A stretch of DNA of 63,995 nt, the filler included, from Hausera hauseri (taxonomy: Eukaryota): NCBI GenBank assembly GCA_046269625.1. It is 12 parts of 12 records of this genome, joined end to end, with 100 filler letters (N's around TTAATTAATTAA, not from the genome) between each part and the next. Parts side by side here need not be neighbours in the genome. Positions count along the whole stretch, not along the records: positions 1 to 4,371 come from JBJURY010612555.1; positions 4,472 to 12,363 come from JBJURY010890954.1; 10 more parts are not named here. The stretch is one strand, 5' to 3'. The position numbers were made by a program, and so were the translations under genes. The notes under the pieces were generated by a model. The model saw nothing but the letters and a program-made list of their open reading frames with translations. It had not been told where the DNA came from and searched no databases. How positions within the stretch are numbered: position 1 is the first letter of the stretch; the number at the start of each line of letters is the position of its first letter. Below are positions 1-12,463 of the stretch, piece by piece.

Positions 1-751
1 GAAGTTCGTAAAGAAATTGTCGGCTGCTATGGATCCAGACTCAAAATTTATAAACGAGATGTATGAGTTAGTCTATTTGTTGGTAGAAATGGAGGAGATT
101 AGTGATGAGAGGATGGGGCAATTGATGCCCAAGGTACAGAAAGTAAAAGAAACATGTATTAAAACAAAACAACGAGCAACAAGGTTAAATGAACTAACGA
201 GAGAGCTCGAGGTCTACTGAAACAAATCTGATTTTACTGAATCAGAGATCAAAAATAAACGAGAATTTGTGCAAAAATGGCAAAGAGATGTAATTATTGA
301 ATTAGTGGATTATCACCAAAAAGATTTATCGATTCTAACGAATTAGGCGAGTTACTGACAATGATTCAGTATGCCTATGAAAACGGCATAGGTTTCCAAA
401 CCACGTAAATGAAAGAAATACAACCAAGATTAAAAGAAATTAGTGAAAACGTGAAACGAACGAATACAGCCTTAGTAGACTATGGACTTCGACGCAATAC
501 TTGCCGAAAAACCTGTGACTCCAGTGCAACTAAACTAGATAGAAACTTCTCCGCAGGACAGGAGATTCAATGTGGAGATGCTTCTGGATTCAGCTTTAAA
601 TGAAAAAGATTCAATTGAATTAATTAATTTAAATATTACTGAAAGCAAGTTAAAACAACTTATTCCCACCTTAGTTAAATTATCTAGCGAAAACACGATC
701 TATAGTACGGTGTCGAAACTTTTGATAAGGCAATACGCTAAAATCTTGAGG

Positions 752-992
752 ACTAAACTTGAAGTGACGATAAAAGTAATGGTATCATCCGAATGGATGG
801 CCGAAAAAAAATGCGAATTAACTACATATTCCTATGTAAGAGACGTAAGAGAATGGCTATTGAACAACGGCGGAACAAGCGAGTTAAATTATAGATTTTA
901 CTTTAGAGGTAGAATACTCGACGACCTGGAGCACCTATTAGATATCGTGATTATCCCAAACGAAACAAATCGAATAATATCAGTAATAGCTA
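752..992 (+). pseudogene. Ubiquitin-like (beta-grasp) domain within the retroelement ORF
   Basis: LEVTIKV...SYVRDVREWL...NYRFYFRGRILDDLEHLLDIVI...RIISVI parallels ubiquitin MQIFVK...TIENVKAKI...[21 protein letters not shown]...TLHLV; no C-terminal GG. Confidence 0.65.
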
Positions 993-1707
993 ACGAACAG
1001 ACGAAAGAGGAAGCCACGCGTAATGCTAAGACAGAGCAGTGCGTCGGACAAATCATGGGAGTTCTAGATGCTGCAATGTATTTTGAGTATTTATAAACAG
1101 ATGAAAATACGGAACAATACGACATGAATTTAGTACCATTGGGTGAAACGACCACTAAGGTATTAAAGCCAAAACGTTCAGTAGGTAGGCAGAAGAAAAC
1201 GTCAGAAGAAGTAGATTATAATGGCGAATTGATTAGAGAGCTGAGGCAGATGTTGACTCCGACTCTCAATACAAATAATGAGGAATTAAGCGAGTTAATG
1301 AAAAATTTAATACGAATTGTAAATTATTCAAGCCTTCGAGGTGATGTATTAGATGATAAAGAAAAGATAATATTCGATGCAGCTAAGATGATGCGAAAGT
1401 TCGCGTTTCAAACTATCGAAAAGTAACTTAACCGATGAGTCGGTAATCGATAAGATTATGGTAGAAAACACCAATGAGGAGTTGAGAAAAGTGTTATTAT
1501 ATTTAGCTATTAAGATAAATCCTAATCGAGAGAACGAAATTAATAAGGCTATAAGCTTAGCACGGAAAGCAGCAAGAAGAATGCCTTGCGAAGTAAATTG
1601 GGCAAGACTGTTTGATAAGGAAGAGGACAAACGAAACAACAATAAACTCGACTATATGTTACGCAACCTGAAAACGTCGGACGTTGAAGGTCGAAAGAAT
1701 GAATCAA

Positions 1708-3520
1708 ACTGGCTAATTAACTTGCTCACATTAATGATGCTACTAAAGCATATAGGCGCTGTAACCGTCTATGATTGCGGTAAGTTTAAATTAGGACAGA
1801 GATTCCTTGATGGATCTGGAAGTATGCGAGGATGCCAGACAGCACAAACTGGAAACGAGAGAAAAGTTACTTCCTGTATCAACAAGAATTGGTATCGTTA
1901 GATGGAGTGGAGTGCATGCTGAAACGATCGCGTAGTATTTTCCACTGTGGACTAGTACACGGACACTCCTCCATAGTCAAGCCAACTACTCCTATAATTC
2001 CGATGAATTTAGAGCGTCAACATTGCAAACAAGCTAAGGCAACCGGAAGAATACAATGGGACAGCATGCAATTGGAAATGCAACCCGGAAAAATAATCAG
2101 AGCATACAAAGTAGTAGCTGGAAGGCTGGTTATGCATAGCGGACATTGTAATGGAGCAGAATACGATACCGGAAAAGGATTAGAATCAAACGTGGTAGTT
2201 GTGGATTTCTACGAATAAAAAATGCGATCACAGAAGGTAATGTTCCAGTGTCACGAAGTTATACACAGAATCAGAGATGCCATTTACAAGACGGAACCCG
2301 TGCTTTTAGGAGTTCGGTTATAATATGGGAACGTCCTCGAAGAAATTGTAATTTTATTAAAATTAAAGAACTCAAGTTCAATGAAACTACAGGAAACAGA
2401 TATATGGACAAATCAGAAACTAATTCGAGGACACGTAAGGATGTCAGAACACTCTACACCTACTATACTAATTTCGGATCAGCATGAATTGAAATTTATT
2501 AAAAAAGAGATGATGTCTCGTTGTGATGTAGTGATGTTTACTATGAATTATGAAGCGTTTTCCGTAGCGGAAACAGAAATAAACGGAAAAACTTATAAGG
2601 TAGAAACACAAGATGTACGTATTGAAGATTACCTAAAAAATACAGATGATTTCTACTATAAAGGACAAGTCGGAATAACGGAATTATATCACAAAATGAT
2701 AATTAATGACTGCAAATTGGATATGAAAATCATGAGAACTAAAATGGCGCTTATATATGCAAACCCAGAATTGGCTTCTCCAATAATTCCTGAGAGAAGA
2801 AATTTTCGGTCGAGTAACAGGCGAAGTACCTGTTCGAATGCGAAGAGAGAAGTACCCATCAACGTGCAAAAAAACGTTGCATTCAGGAACGTCCTGTCAT
2901 TTATCAAAATATTCCAAGGTTAGCTACACCGTTGACAAGAGTGTTATTGGATAACGCTACCCAACCGACTATCCTTAAGAATTGTAAGACAAACTTAGGA
3001 GAGCCTATGTTTAGGCGAAGTAAAACAGACTGGGTTAGTTTGACAAATAGAGGCATCACAGCCGCTCCGAATAAATTAACAGGGACTAATCTTGCAAAAG
3101 GGATTACAGACGACAAATTTCAAGACACCTCCTCGAAAGGAATATACAGGCCAAAAGAAATCGAAGCCTTCAGACAATTTCTCGATTTTCCGGGACAGAG
3201 GACACATGAATTAAACCGAGCCATGGCCTCTGTAGTAGACGACACGGATATCAAGCTAAATGGGAATCTTTACTCGACATAAACCATTATCAACGAGTAA
3301 CAACCGAAATACTTTACAAAATGTGGGGAAGACAGGCTGCATCCGGATTCTTAGCGATATATTTCCTGATACAGATGATTAAAGCAGCCATCCAAGCAGT
3401 AGTAAATGGCTATAAGATATTTACTTTGACTGGATTTTCATGTAAAATACTAACGGCGATAATAACGCCCTTTAGAAAATTCTTAAAGGCATATGAAGAG
3501 AATAAATGGAAATCGGACGT
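1708..3520 (+). pseudogene. env: Chuvirus-like (class III, gB-like) envelope glycoprotein, frameshifted
   Basis: Internal signal WLINLLTLMMLLKHIGA then VYDCG; ECMLKRSRSIFHCGLVHGHSSIV; VAG...GHCNGAEYDTGKGLESNVVV; C-terminal MWG...ASGFLAIYFLIQMIK..I..VVNGYKIFTLTGFS membrane region, matching the motif layout of chuvirus-type glycoproteins. Confidence 0.8.
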
Positions 3521-4169
3521 AGAACGCCATGTTGGATATTATCACCGTAAACAAAATGGAAGGCCTACGTTTCCGTACAAGCGGAAATTCATACAGCATA
3601 ATACTCAAAAAAATAATTCAGATGATGACGAGCCTAAGGGAGGAGAAGCACTTTCAGGAATAAACCGATATAAAGCATACTCTGTCATTAAAACGCCGTT
3701 GCCTATGCTACCTCCCACCGCCCCATGTTGCGAAGATTGTGACAAACAATCCATGAGTTCGTATCATACAGAAATCTATATAAGGACAATTAATGTAGAA
3801 GACCTTTATGAAGGAACGAATCGTTATGGGATCTTACGTAAAATGTATACCGACAATCCACGGATAATCCCAAGATGTTGTATTCACCGAGAGAATCTAA
3901 AAATATCGAAGCTAGATCAACGGTTTGGGACAACCCGAGATTAAAAACCTTTCAGAACACCAAACTACATACTAACAATCGAGAACCGCTAATTAGTACT
4001 CACGAAATGGCGGAATTAAGAATCGAAAATAATGAATTATATTCAAAAGAAGAATTAAAACAGCTATCGGAAAACCTAGCATCCGTCCAAGAAGTACGAA
4101 TCAACGGACACAAAATATCAGTGAATAAACGTTCGAAAATAGCATCAAACCGTTTCGGGACAATAATAG

Positions 4170-4371
4170 AAGGAAGACACTTCGCTAAAATAACTATCGC
4201 AGATTGGGACGTTTATGCCTTAATCGATACAAGATCGGAAATGTCTTACATTAAAAATGATTCGATACCTAACACACTACGAGGAAAACTATACCCTCCA
4301 TCCGCGAAAGATCCAGGAAGTACAGGAGCTTTTGGTCAAATGTCAAAACCAATGTTTAAATGGAACCCAGA
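4170..4371 (+). pseudogene. Retropepsin aspartic protease, N-terminal part (active site DTG decayed to DTR)
   Basis: AKITIADWDVYALIDTRSEMSYI in ORF 3875-4423; truncated by contig end. Confidence 0.75.
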
Positions 4372-4471
4372 NNNNNNNNNNNNNNNNNNNNNNNNNNNNN
4401 NNNNNNNNNNNNNNNTTAATTAATTAANNNNNNNNNNNNNNNNNNNNNNNNNNNNNNNNNNNNNNNNNNNN
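4372..4471. other. Artificial contig linker (first of 11; others at 12364, 17458, 22330, 30166, 34891, 39274, 43623, 49132, 54496, 59826; 100 bp each)
   Basis: N44-TTAATTAATTAA-N44, giving stops in all six frames, identical at every site. Confidence 0.98.

Positions 4472-4473
<2 letters not shown>

Positions 4474-4502
<29 letters not shown>
4474..4502. repeat. (GT)n microsatellite
   Basis: Perfect GT run at contig start. Confidence 0.95.
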
Positions 4503-4505
<3 letters not shown>

Positions 4506-4669
4506 AGCTTTTCCTAGTGAATTCATCAGTGTGTGTATATTATGACAAAATTTGTATTTGTGAACCTGTTTTGAACAGAATCAAACAAATGTTCATTTAC
4601 TACAAGTACGTTTTTATACACTCAGAACCCTAGTGTGACATAATACTATCCACTTCTCTGTGTATTCAG

Positions 4670-4771
4670 GTGTGTGACTCGGACACCATGCTGGACCCTG
4701 CTTGTTCAGTGGAAATGGTGAAGGTGCTGGAGGAAGATCCCATGGTGGGAGGAGTCGGGGGAGATGTGCAG
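4670..4771 (+). CDS. HAS2: Single internal exon of vertebrate-type hyaluronan synthase 2
   Basis: ttcAG|102 bp|GTac exon encoding [34 protein letters not shown], nearly identical to vertebrate HAS2 ([34 protein letters not shown]). Confidence 0.9.
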
Positions 4772-4888
4772 GTACATTTCCATACCGTTGATGTCAGATA
4801 CTAAAAATTATAGTGGCCTTATACTGTTGCCCCTGGTGATGGTAAAAAATATTTTGTTTCGCAATTTAGTTACATCATCGCTACCGCG

Positions 4889-5171
4889 TTAATGGATCAT
4901 CCATACAAATGCTCCAATTCCAGTCAATTGTGTGTTAGTGCCTCGTGTGTGACTTGTACAATATATGAATAAAAGTTTTTTGTTAATTTTGTTTAAAATA
5001 ATAAACAGATTTGCAACTTTATGATTTTGAATTTTCAAGTTACGCGCCATCTTTTTTTCACATTGAAGTTTTATTTTCGTTTAAACATTTTTTTAGATGT
5101 TATGATGTTTTGATTTTGGCTCCTAATAGCTCTTTCACTCTATCTATGGATATTCTAGCTACAACTTCTCA
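4889..5171 (+). repeat. LTR-like direct repeat, copy A
   Basis: About 280 bp clearly homologous to 11354-11634; contains AATAAA; ends in TCA; followed by a PBS. Confidence 0.75.
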
Positions 5172-5173
5172 AT

Positions 5174-5184
5174 TGGTGTCAGAA
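5174..5184 (+). promoter_or_regulatory. Primer-binding site, tRNA-Leu-like
   Basis: TGGTGTCAGAA two bases after the LTR-terminal CA, complementary to the ...TTCTGACACCA 3' end of tRNA-Leu. Confidence 0.65.
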
Positions 5185-5185
5185 A

Positions 5186-8100
5186 TTCTACCTGAAAAGA
5201 AAATTGAATTAGATAATTCTTCTCATTCGCCTGTTCTTACATCATATGTCATTGATGAATTTTATGATATGATTAAGAATTTCTATGATAAACATTCAAT
5301 ATACAATTCGGCTATTCATATATACAGTTTGTATGAGGTTGATCTCAACACATCACAGAATGGACCTTGTTGTCAATTTCGTAACGGATATACATCACAA
5401 ACGATATCATGCGCCGATGAGACTTATTCAGTGTCGATATGTGGCAATGCCGATGCATCTCTAATTTTATCACCTCTTGTCGTTTACAAGGCAGAGAAAT
5501 TAACCGAATTCTTCACACAACATCTCGAATATCACATTGAATATCAGAGTACACCAGGTAACATTTTCGTTTTAGTTTTTACAAAACTATTGTTTGATAA
5601 TTGATTGTACATGGCCGATAAAAAAATAAACGATGTTTTAGTGAGTTGTATCAGACAATTGCTAATAAACTGTGAACCAATAATACGGGATGCAGATTCC
5701 ATACAATCAATTCGGGAGTCACTTTAACGACTTGAGGAAAATGACATGCATTTTTACAAATACGAATTGATAAAACTATTAAAAAGTCAATTGAACGAAA
5801 AATTGGGAAAGCATAATAATGAAACGATTGAACAATATCCAGCAAATCGCTCAGATTTGAATCATGTTGAAATAATTGATAACATGACATCGAAGCACAT
5901 TTATTCATCAGAATATTTGAAGCTTACTAAGAAATTGAAGTCGGTTGTTACTCTAGCTTCGGAAAATCTAATAAGTCAATATCATGTAGAAATCGGGAAC
6001 AAGTCGAAATCTATAAGTGATGTTTGGGAAAGCTTGGTAAATAAGTTTACTCCATATTTTCGCCAATATTCTTCTAATTTTAAGCAGTCCCAACAAAAAG
6101 CACTGGCAATTTTTAACGATAGCAATTTATTTTCTATTCAATCTTGCGATGTGAACTCTTCTTCATGTAGCTTATTTAATCACAATAGTGGTGTATTTTT
6201 GAATCAAGCCGAGCTATAAAACTTAGCTGCGGATTTACGTGAAAAAAAGAAAAATTTTGAGATAAAACAAAATGCTCTATCAAAGTTGCTTAAAATACCC
6301 GTTGTTGACATTCAGTGTGGCAAGTACTAGAACCTGAGCTAATTGATTGTCTTAATGAACCTGAATTACACAGCCAAACAATTAAATTTGTTGCAAAGGC
6401 TTTTTATCAACTCCAAGCAATGCCAGATCTCTTTATTGTACCCTAGCTTGTCACCTAGGGTCAGTTTTCAAAGCAAAAGGTTCTCAAATGCAAGCTTTGA
6501 AAAAGGGTTTGGGTATTCGACATTTGAGCACACAAAAAATGTTAATTTGACTCCGTCTCATGAATGAATTTCAGCAAATTCTATACACTTTTGGGTCAAA
6601 TATTTAAAAAAATTTTTTGAAGACATTATGGATTCTACTTTGAGATTACTGTCAATTAATGGGAAGTCTATGTATGAACAGAAGCTTAGTCCTATTTATT
6701 ATTTGTCAATCATTGATCCAAAAGCGGACTGGATTGTTAAGTGGACTAACGGCACTTATAGTCTGAATCCTCTATTGAGGTATTTGGAAAAGTACAAATT
6801 ACTGGTGGAAAATGCTTCTGATTGCCTTTCAAAAGCTTTTACTGAGGACAGTTATGATTACGACTTTACTTCGGATCCATGTAAATTAAATGAATTCTTT
6901 TATTCATCTGCTCGCCGCAATTATCTTTATTTTCTGTACTCTCTTAGCGTCATTAATAGAATGTTATTGTACAGAAGTTATAGAAATTCATTATCAAGTG
7001 TGCTCTCAGAAACGAACAATACAATTTCATCTTTGGCAATGTCTTTATTAGTATTTTGGTTTAGACAGCCACAGTATACAACATCCGACTTGGATCGTCA
7101 TTCAGTTTGTACAGCAATTTTGAAAACTTTTGTTCAGGATAAAAAACATGCGTTGAATGCTTCTGTAATAGGCAATTTATTAATGAAATATTTCAATTTT
7201 TACCGCTACTTTCACGTCAGAATGATGAACTTACCTCTTTGGAAAATAATGAACATAGTTTATGCCAAATTTCTGAATTTTTCTCCGAAATGATTCAATA
7301 TAAAGAATTTCGGATACTTTTCCTTCGTAATCCTAACAAATTTAAGTCCTTATTCCATCGTTTCTCTATTTGGCAAAACCATCCGCTGTAATGTGAATGA
7401 AAATCCGGCAATATCATGTAACTTATTAATGAAGATAATATCATTTATTCGCCAATTCTATAATGGTTCGATTGAAGTACATTCAGTTTGGGCCTTAAAT
7501 ATTCATGAAGACATTATAAACGAATGGAATGATGCTATGTTGGAAAGAAATCACTGTGAAACACCAACTACAAACAATGCAAATAATAAATGTTTTCACT
7601 TGATACCTTGGAAAGAATGACTCTCACAACATTTATTATTATTAGCAAAGACGACGCGGAATGTTATATTTAGAAAAACATTAGGCAATAGCTATTTCTT
7701 TTCAGAAACTTTTAAACCATACCAAACCAAATCTTAGAGAGAGACAAATTTTCCATATCTTCGAAACGTTAATTATCAACCATTTTGCCAGTACAACAAC
7801 TAGCATTGAATATTTGGTATCAAATGGAGTAATTCAGAGTTTGTTAATGAAGATTTGGTCAGCTACAGAATATGACCATGATGATCTACCAAAATATCAA
7901 TGTATAGTGTGGCCTACTCAGGGAATAGATATGTTTTCATTAAAGCCCTTAGTTACATTGATTGCTATTCATTCATCATATTCATCTTTATACAAAATGG
8001 TTGCTGGACGAAAACTGTCACAAGAATCTAGTTACACCTTATGTGAAATTCCAAAAACATTAATTGCCTTCATTGACCAAGTAGTACTTATAAATCGACC

Positions 8101-8440
8101 TTCAGAAATTCATAGTTTATTCAACTATAAATCAAGTTATTTATTAAGATTGTACTGGCTCTCATCAACGATGTACAATTGCGTGTTCACAATTCTTAAA
8201 GTCGCTGTTCAATGTCAGTTTACAAACTTCACAGTAATAGAAACTATATTGGGTCTGTTAACAGCAGCATCTCAACATTTCTCACTCCACCATCAGATCC
8301 ATTTGCATCGCCATCTACAGCTGCAGTTTCTCTTTTGAAAAAAGAATATGTCGATATTATAGACTCAAAAGCTCGAAAAGTCGGATTACTGCTACCAATT
8401 CCCTCTGTAAGTCCTTTGACATTTTATTTTCTAAAATAAG
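5186..8440 (+). pseudogene. Decayed long coding region beginning with a pogo/Tigger DDE_1-like segment; remainder unidentified
   Basis: YSVSICGNADASLILSPLVVYKA...EYQSTPG resembles the DDE_1 motif TVxxCxNAxG..LPPxVVYK; a chain of same-strand ORFs follows (5746-6219, 6628-7293, 7814-8338). Confidence 0.45.
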
Positions 8441-8459
8441 TTTTGTACACTGGTACATT

Positions 8460-11353
8460 GGAGAAGGACCTTTGGGGGGGGAACGGTCACCCCAAAATTT
8501 GGGACCCGCCGCGGCAAGGCTGAGGTCCCGGCCGCCCACCCTGCGCCAGTGGGTCAGACGGCGCTTTTCGCTTTAGCCCTACGACACGCCCCTGGGAACA
8601 CCAACTCTCTACCATAGCATTTACACACTGCGACCATTCACACTTTCATTTCCACCCTACTCCACTTTTCTGATTTCTACTTTACACAACGGATATCTAG
8701 TACCTCTCGCTGGAACTCTACAATCTTCCTCAACCCACATCTGTCTCCACATTCATTTCTGTATCCGTGGTGGCATGGATTTGTCACCCACAATTGACAC
8801 CACGGACAAACTCATTAAACAACAAATCCTCATCATTCACTTACCCAAAAGCGCTTCCAACATCCCTACACAACATACCCTCCTCACACATTCACCTTGC
8901 ACCGAATGCTTTTTCAATAGCCAAAACTCTACTCAAACGTGGTTAAAACTGCACCAATTTTGGCTCCAATCGCAAAACGTCGCCAAATGTTTAGCCAAAG
9001 TCAACAGCTTTTTTTCCACTTACCAGCTTCCATTAGAACTAAAATCACCAATATAATTGATATCCGTCAGCATGCTGACCCATATACACAACTTTATAAT
9101 GTCGTCCTTAAGCTTACTGAGCCTTCAATAGATTCAATCATTCAAATGTTCTTTCACGACAACGCCATTGGCCCTCAAAAGCCTTCTGAATTTCTACGCA
9201 CATCCTTGTCTCACCTCAACATCCTTGGCGTAACTTCTGAACACAGTCCCGTGCTTCTTCGTCGCTATTTCTTAAATGCATTACCCCTTCAAATAAGAGA
9301 TTTGCTAACTGTGGTTGAAGACTCCGCGGCTCTTGACAAGCTAGCCAAACTGGCAGACAAAGCATACGAAGTACTACACTCACATGCAACAGGAACTATC
9401 TCTGAAGCACTGACAACAGATCAACAACAACAAAATGCAATGCTGCAGTAACAAATTGCGCAATTACGCACAGAAAATGAAACATTGCAAAAAACAATCA
9501 ACAACATTAACGACAAACTAAACGCATTAACACTACCTCGACGGGGTTTTTCTAGGCCTGTTTCCTCCTATCTATTTAGTCAACGTCAAATACAGTCGCC
9601 CTCGCCCGTGCGGTCATTAATTTGCTATTATCATAACAAATTTAGCAACAATGCTCAGAAATGCTGCATCGGTTATAAATTTTATTTTCCTAGTTTTAGT
9701 ACATGCAACATTGTTTGCATCTACCACTCAAAGTTTGGCAGAAAAACACAAAAATGCATACCTGGTTGTACCTACGGCACACACAATAAGACCAACACTA
9801 ATAAGCTCACACAAAACAGTAGGCCAAACTCACCAGCTCCAAAAAACTTATTTCGCCGCTAAAACACACGGCAAGTCCTAGCAAAGGCAACAACCAGCAA
9901 AAACATGACCGACACATTTCCTTTGATGTTTTTACGTTGGAAGCAATAGTCATCACTCCAACAAAACAAAACATAAACTCTCTTATAGACACCTGCGCAG
10001 CAATCTCTCAACTGCTACCAACATAACACATACAACACAATTACACTTCACAAAAGCAACTGTTCATTGCGTCCTGTAAACCTTTACAAATCTTTGGAGT
10101 TACGACATTAACATTCACCCTCCCACACATCACAAGCACATTTACATGGAAATTTACAATAGCCAATATACGCACACCTATATTGGGTTCAGACTTTTTA
10201 CCTCACTACAATTTACTTGTAGATTGCAAACAATGTTCCTTAAAGAGCGGAACTAATTTTAATCAAATTAGCAGCATTTCGGTGACCACCCGGGCGATGG
10301 CTTCGAGCAAGTCAATACTAAATAAAACGACTACCGATTTGAATTATTTTTATAATCATTTATTATATAGAAATTTTTATTACGTTGACAAATACGATAT
10401 TGCCAACTGCGTGGCACAGCTGCCAACAGCATCTTCAACACCAACATCCTGCACCAAATACCACCTAGTCGCAACACCTTGCCTACAACTCATACCTCAA
10501 CTGCATCCAGTCACGATGATTCAATACCATCGGATTTGTCATCATTACCTTCTGATTTACATCAATACATTTCGTCCTCCTGCACTCGTCTGTTGCAAAA
10601 GAACAAGTCATTCTTACCACCCCAATCAACCTTTCATCACATACTGACAGCGCATCAAAGATCAATGCAGCAAAAAATCCGCCAGCTATCGCCTCGACGC
10701 AGACAGGCAGTGGAGGCTAAGTTTCTCGACCTTGAAAAATAAGGCATAATTAGAAGATCCAAATTCCCCTGGTCTTCACCACTGCATGCTGTTCCAAAAA
10801 AGATGGCAACTTTCACCCATGCGGCGATTACCGCCAACTTAACAACATAACAACAATGGATTCCTACCCTCTAACATTAATTAACGATATCCTTCACAGG
10901 CTCTATGATTCGACCATTTTTTCCTGCATTGATTTGCACAAAGCATAACACCAAATTCCGGTGGCCCCAGCAGACATTCCGAAAACGGCTGTCATTACAC
11001 CTTTCGGCCTTTTTGAATACCTCTTTATGACTTTTGGACTCCGTAGCGCTTCCCAGACCTTCCAAAGACATATACAGTTCTTTTAGGATTAGACTTCGCC
11101 TATACCTATATTGATGACATCTTAATTGCATTATCTTTCTCGAAGCAGAACTCCGAACACTTACGTTTAATCTTCCAGCGCTTGCATGAATACAACTTGC
11201 AAATTAATTTCTTTAAATGCTCATTTTTTCAACATAAGGTCAACTTTCTAGGACATGTTACTAGCTCCTCAGGACATTCACCTCAGCCAAACCGCATCAC
11301 TCAGCTCAAAAACATGCAACTGCCACGTACATCAACGGAGATGCGTTCTTTCC
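8460..11353 (+). mobile_element. Decayed Ty3/Gypsy element (gag, PR, RT), 3'-truncated
   Basis: Gag DPYTQL...GPQKPSEFL...FLNALP and two Cys/His YH..F....KC knuckles; PR LIDTCAAIS; RT PWSSPLH, DSYPL, FGL, YIDD near 11108; homologous to 59926-62780. Confidence 0.9.
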
Positions 11354-11634
11354 TTAATGGATCAGGCATACAAATGCTGCAATTCCAGTCAATTGTGTGT
11401 TAGTGCATAGTGTGTGGTTTGTACAATATATGAATGAGAGTTTTTTTAATTTTGTTTAAAATAATAAACAGATTTGCAACTTTATGATTTTGATTTTTCA
11501 AGTTACTCGCTATCTTTTTTCACATTAGAGTTTTATTTTCGTTCAAACATTTTTTGGATACTATGATATTTTATGATTTTGACTCCTAATAACTCTGTGA
11601 CTCGATCTATGGATATTCTAGTTACAACTTTTCA
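11354..11634 (+). repeat. LTR-like direct repeat, copy B
   Basis: Diverged copy of 4889-5171; abuts the truncated RT on the left and a PolB fragment on the right. Confidence 0.75.
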
Positions 11635-12363
11635 TGGAGTCCATGTTTAACTGCCTGCAGGAGATTTATGTAGTGGACTACATACCTCTCCCTATTACCC
11701 AGATGACAGAGCAGCTTATTCTGCTTTCAAGGGGGGGGGGAGTTTGCTCACCGGAAGGAAAGGCAGCTGTTGATGCCTTGTGCGGATGGAAGCCGGATAT
11801 TCTATATCCACCTCCAGTATGTAGCCCGTATCTCCACTGGGATCCAGGTCCAGGATAGGGATGTCTTCAGGATCCTCAACCTACTTGGACTTACCATATG
11901 GCAATGTGGCGCTCATTGCCCATCCATACAAGTTGTTGGCATCCATGTATGAAATATATGAGGACTTCTTTGGTGAGTCGTATTCAGACATATACTTGTT
12001 ATTGGCCTCACTATACCGGTGAATGGCTTGGCATATTCCCCCTCTAATGCCTCTTTTGCTCATAAGGATCGTGTCGTAATCCTTAATGATTTACCGCCTG
12101 ATACCGGTATAGCGCAGCATTGCTGCCCAGCTCATCCCTGGAGCCGTGAAGAAATGAGCCGCATCCAAAGTATGACTCTTCATTGTGACATCCCTGAAAC
12201 ATTCAAAGATATCTGTCAGCAGCAGCACATCGGTTTTGAGATATATATCATTATATTCCCTTAATGTTCTGCATTGGAATGACTGTTAGACGTTCTGAGC
12301 ATATTGGTAGTTCTAATTATCGATATCTCAATCCGACAGCTGGCTGTACTAGTTCCGTTTGGT
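11635..12363 (-). mobile_element. Polinton/adintovirus protein-primed DNA polymerase B fragment
   Basis: RGIRGGICQ...EANNKYM..YD..K.SSYISYMDANNLYGWAMS (ORF 11881-12063); close paralogue of 21640-22329. Confidence 0.9.
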
Positions 12364-12463
12364 NNNNNNNNNNNNNNNNNNNNNNNNNNNNNNNNNNNNN
12401 NNNNNNNTTAATTAATTAANNNNNNNNNNNNNNNNNNNNNNNNNNNNNNNNNNNNNNNNNNNN

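Larger units (their letters stand above)
1..4371 (+). mobile_element. Decayed 'env-before-pol' Gypsy-type retroelement, copy 1 (helical region, ubiquitin-like domain, class III glycoprotein, TM, linker, protease)
   Basis: Successive + strand ORF fragments broken by stops and frameshifts; glycoprotein and retropepsin motifs; same order as copies at 30285-34890 and 54596-59530. Confidence 0.8.

Noticed and set aside
4372-4471. Recurring palindrome TTAATTAATTAA flanked by Ns
   Set aside because: Artificial six-frame-stop linker; ORFs containing X that run into it are truncation artefacts.
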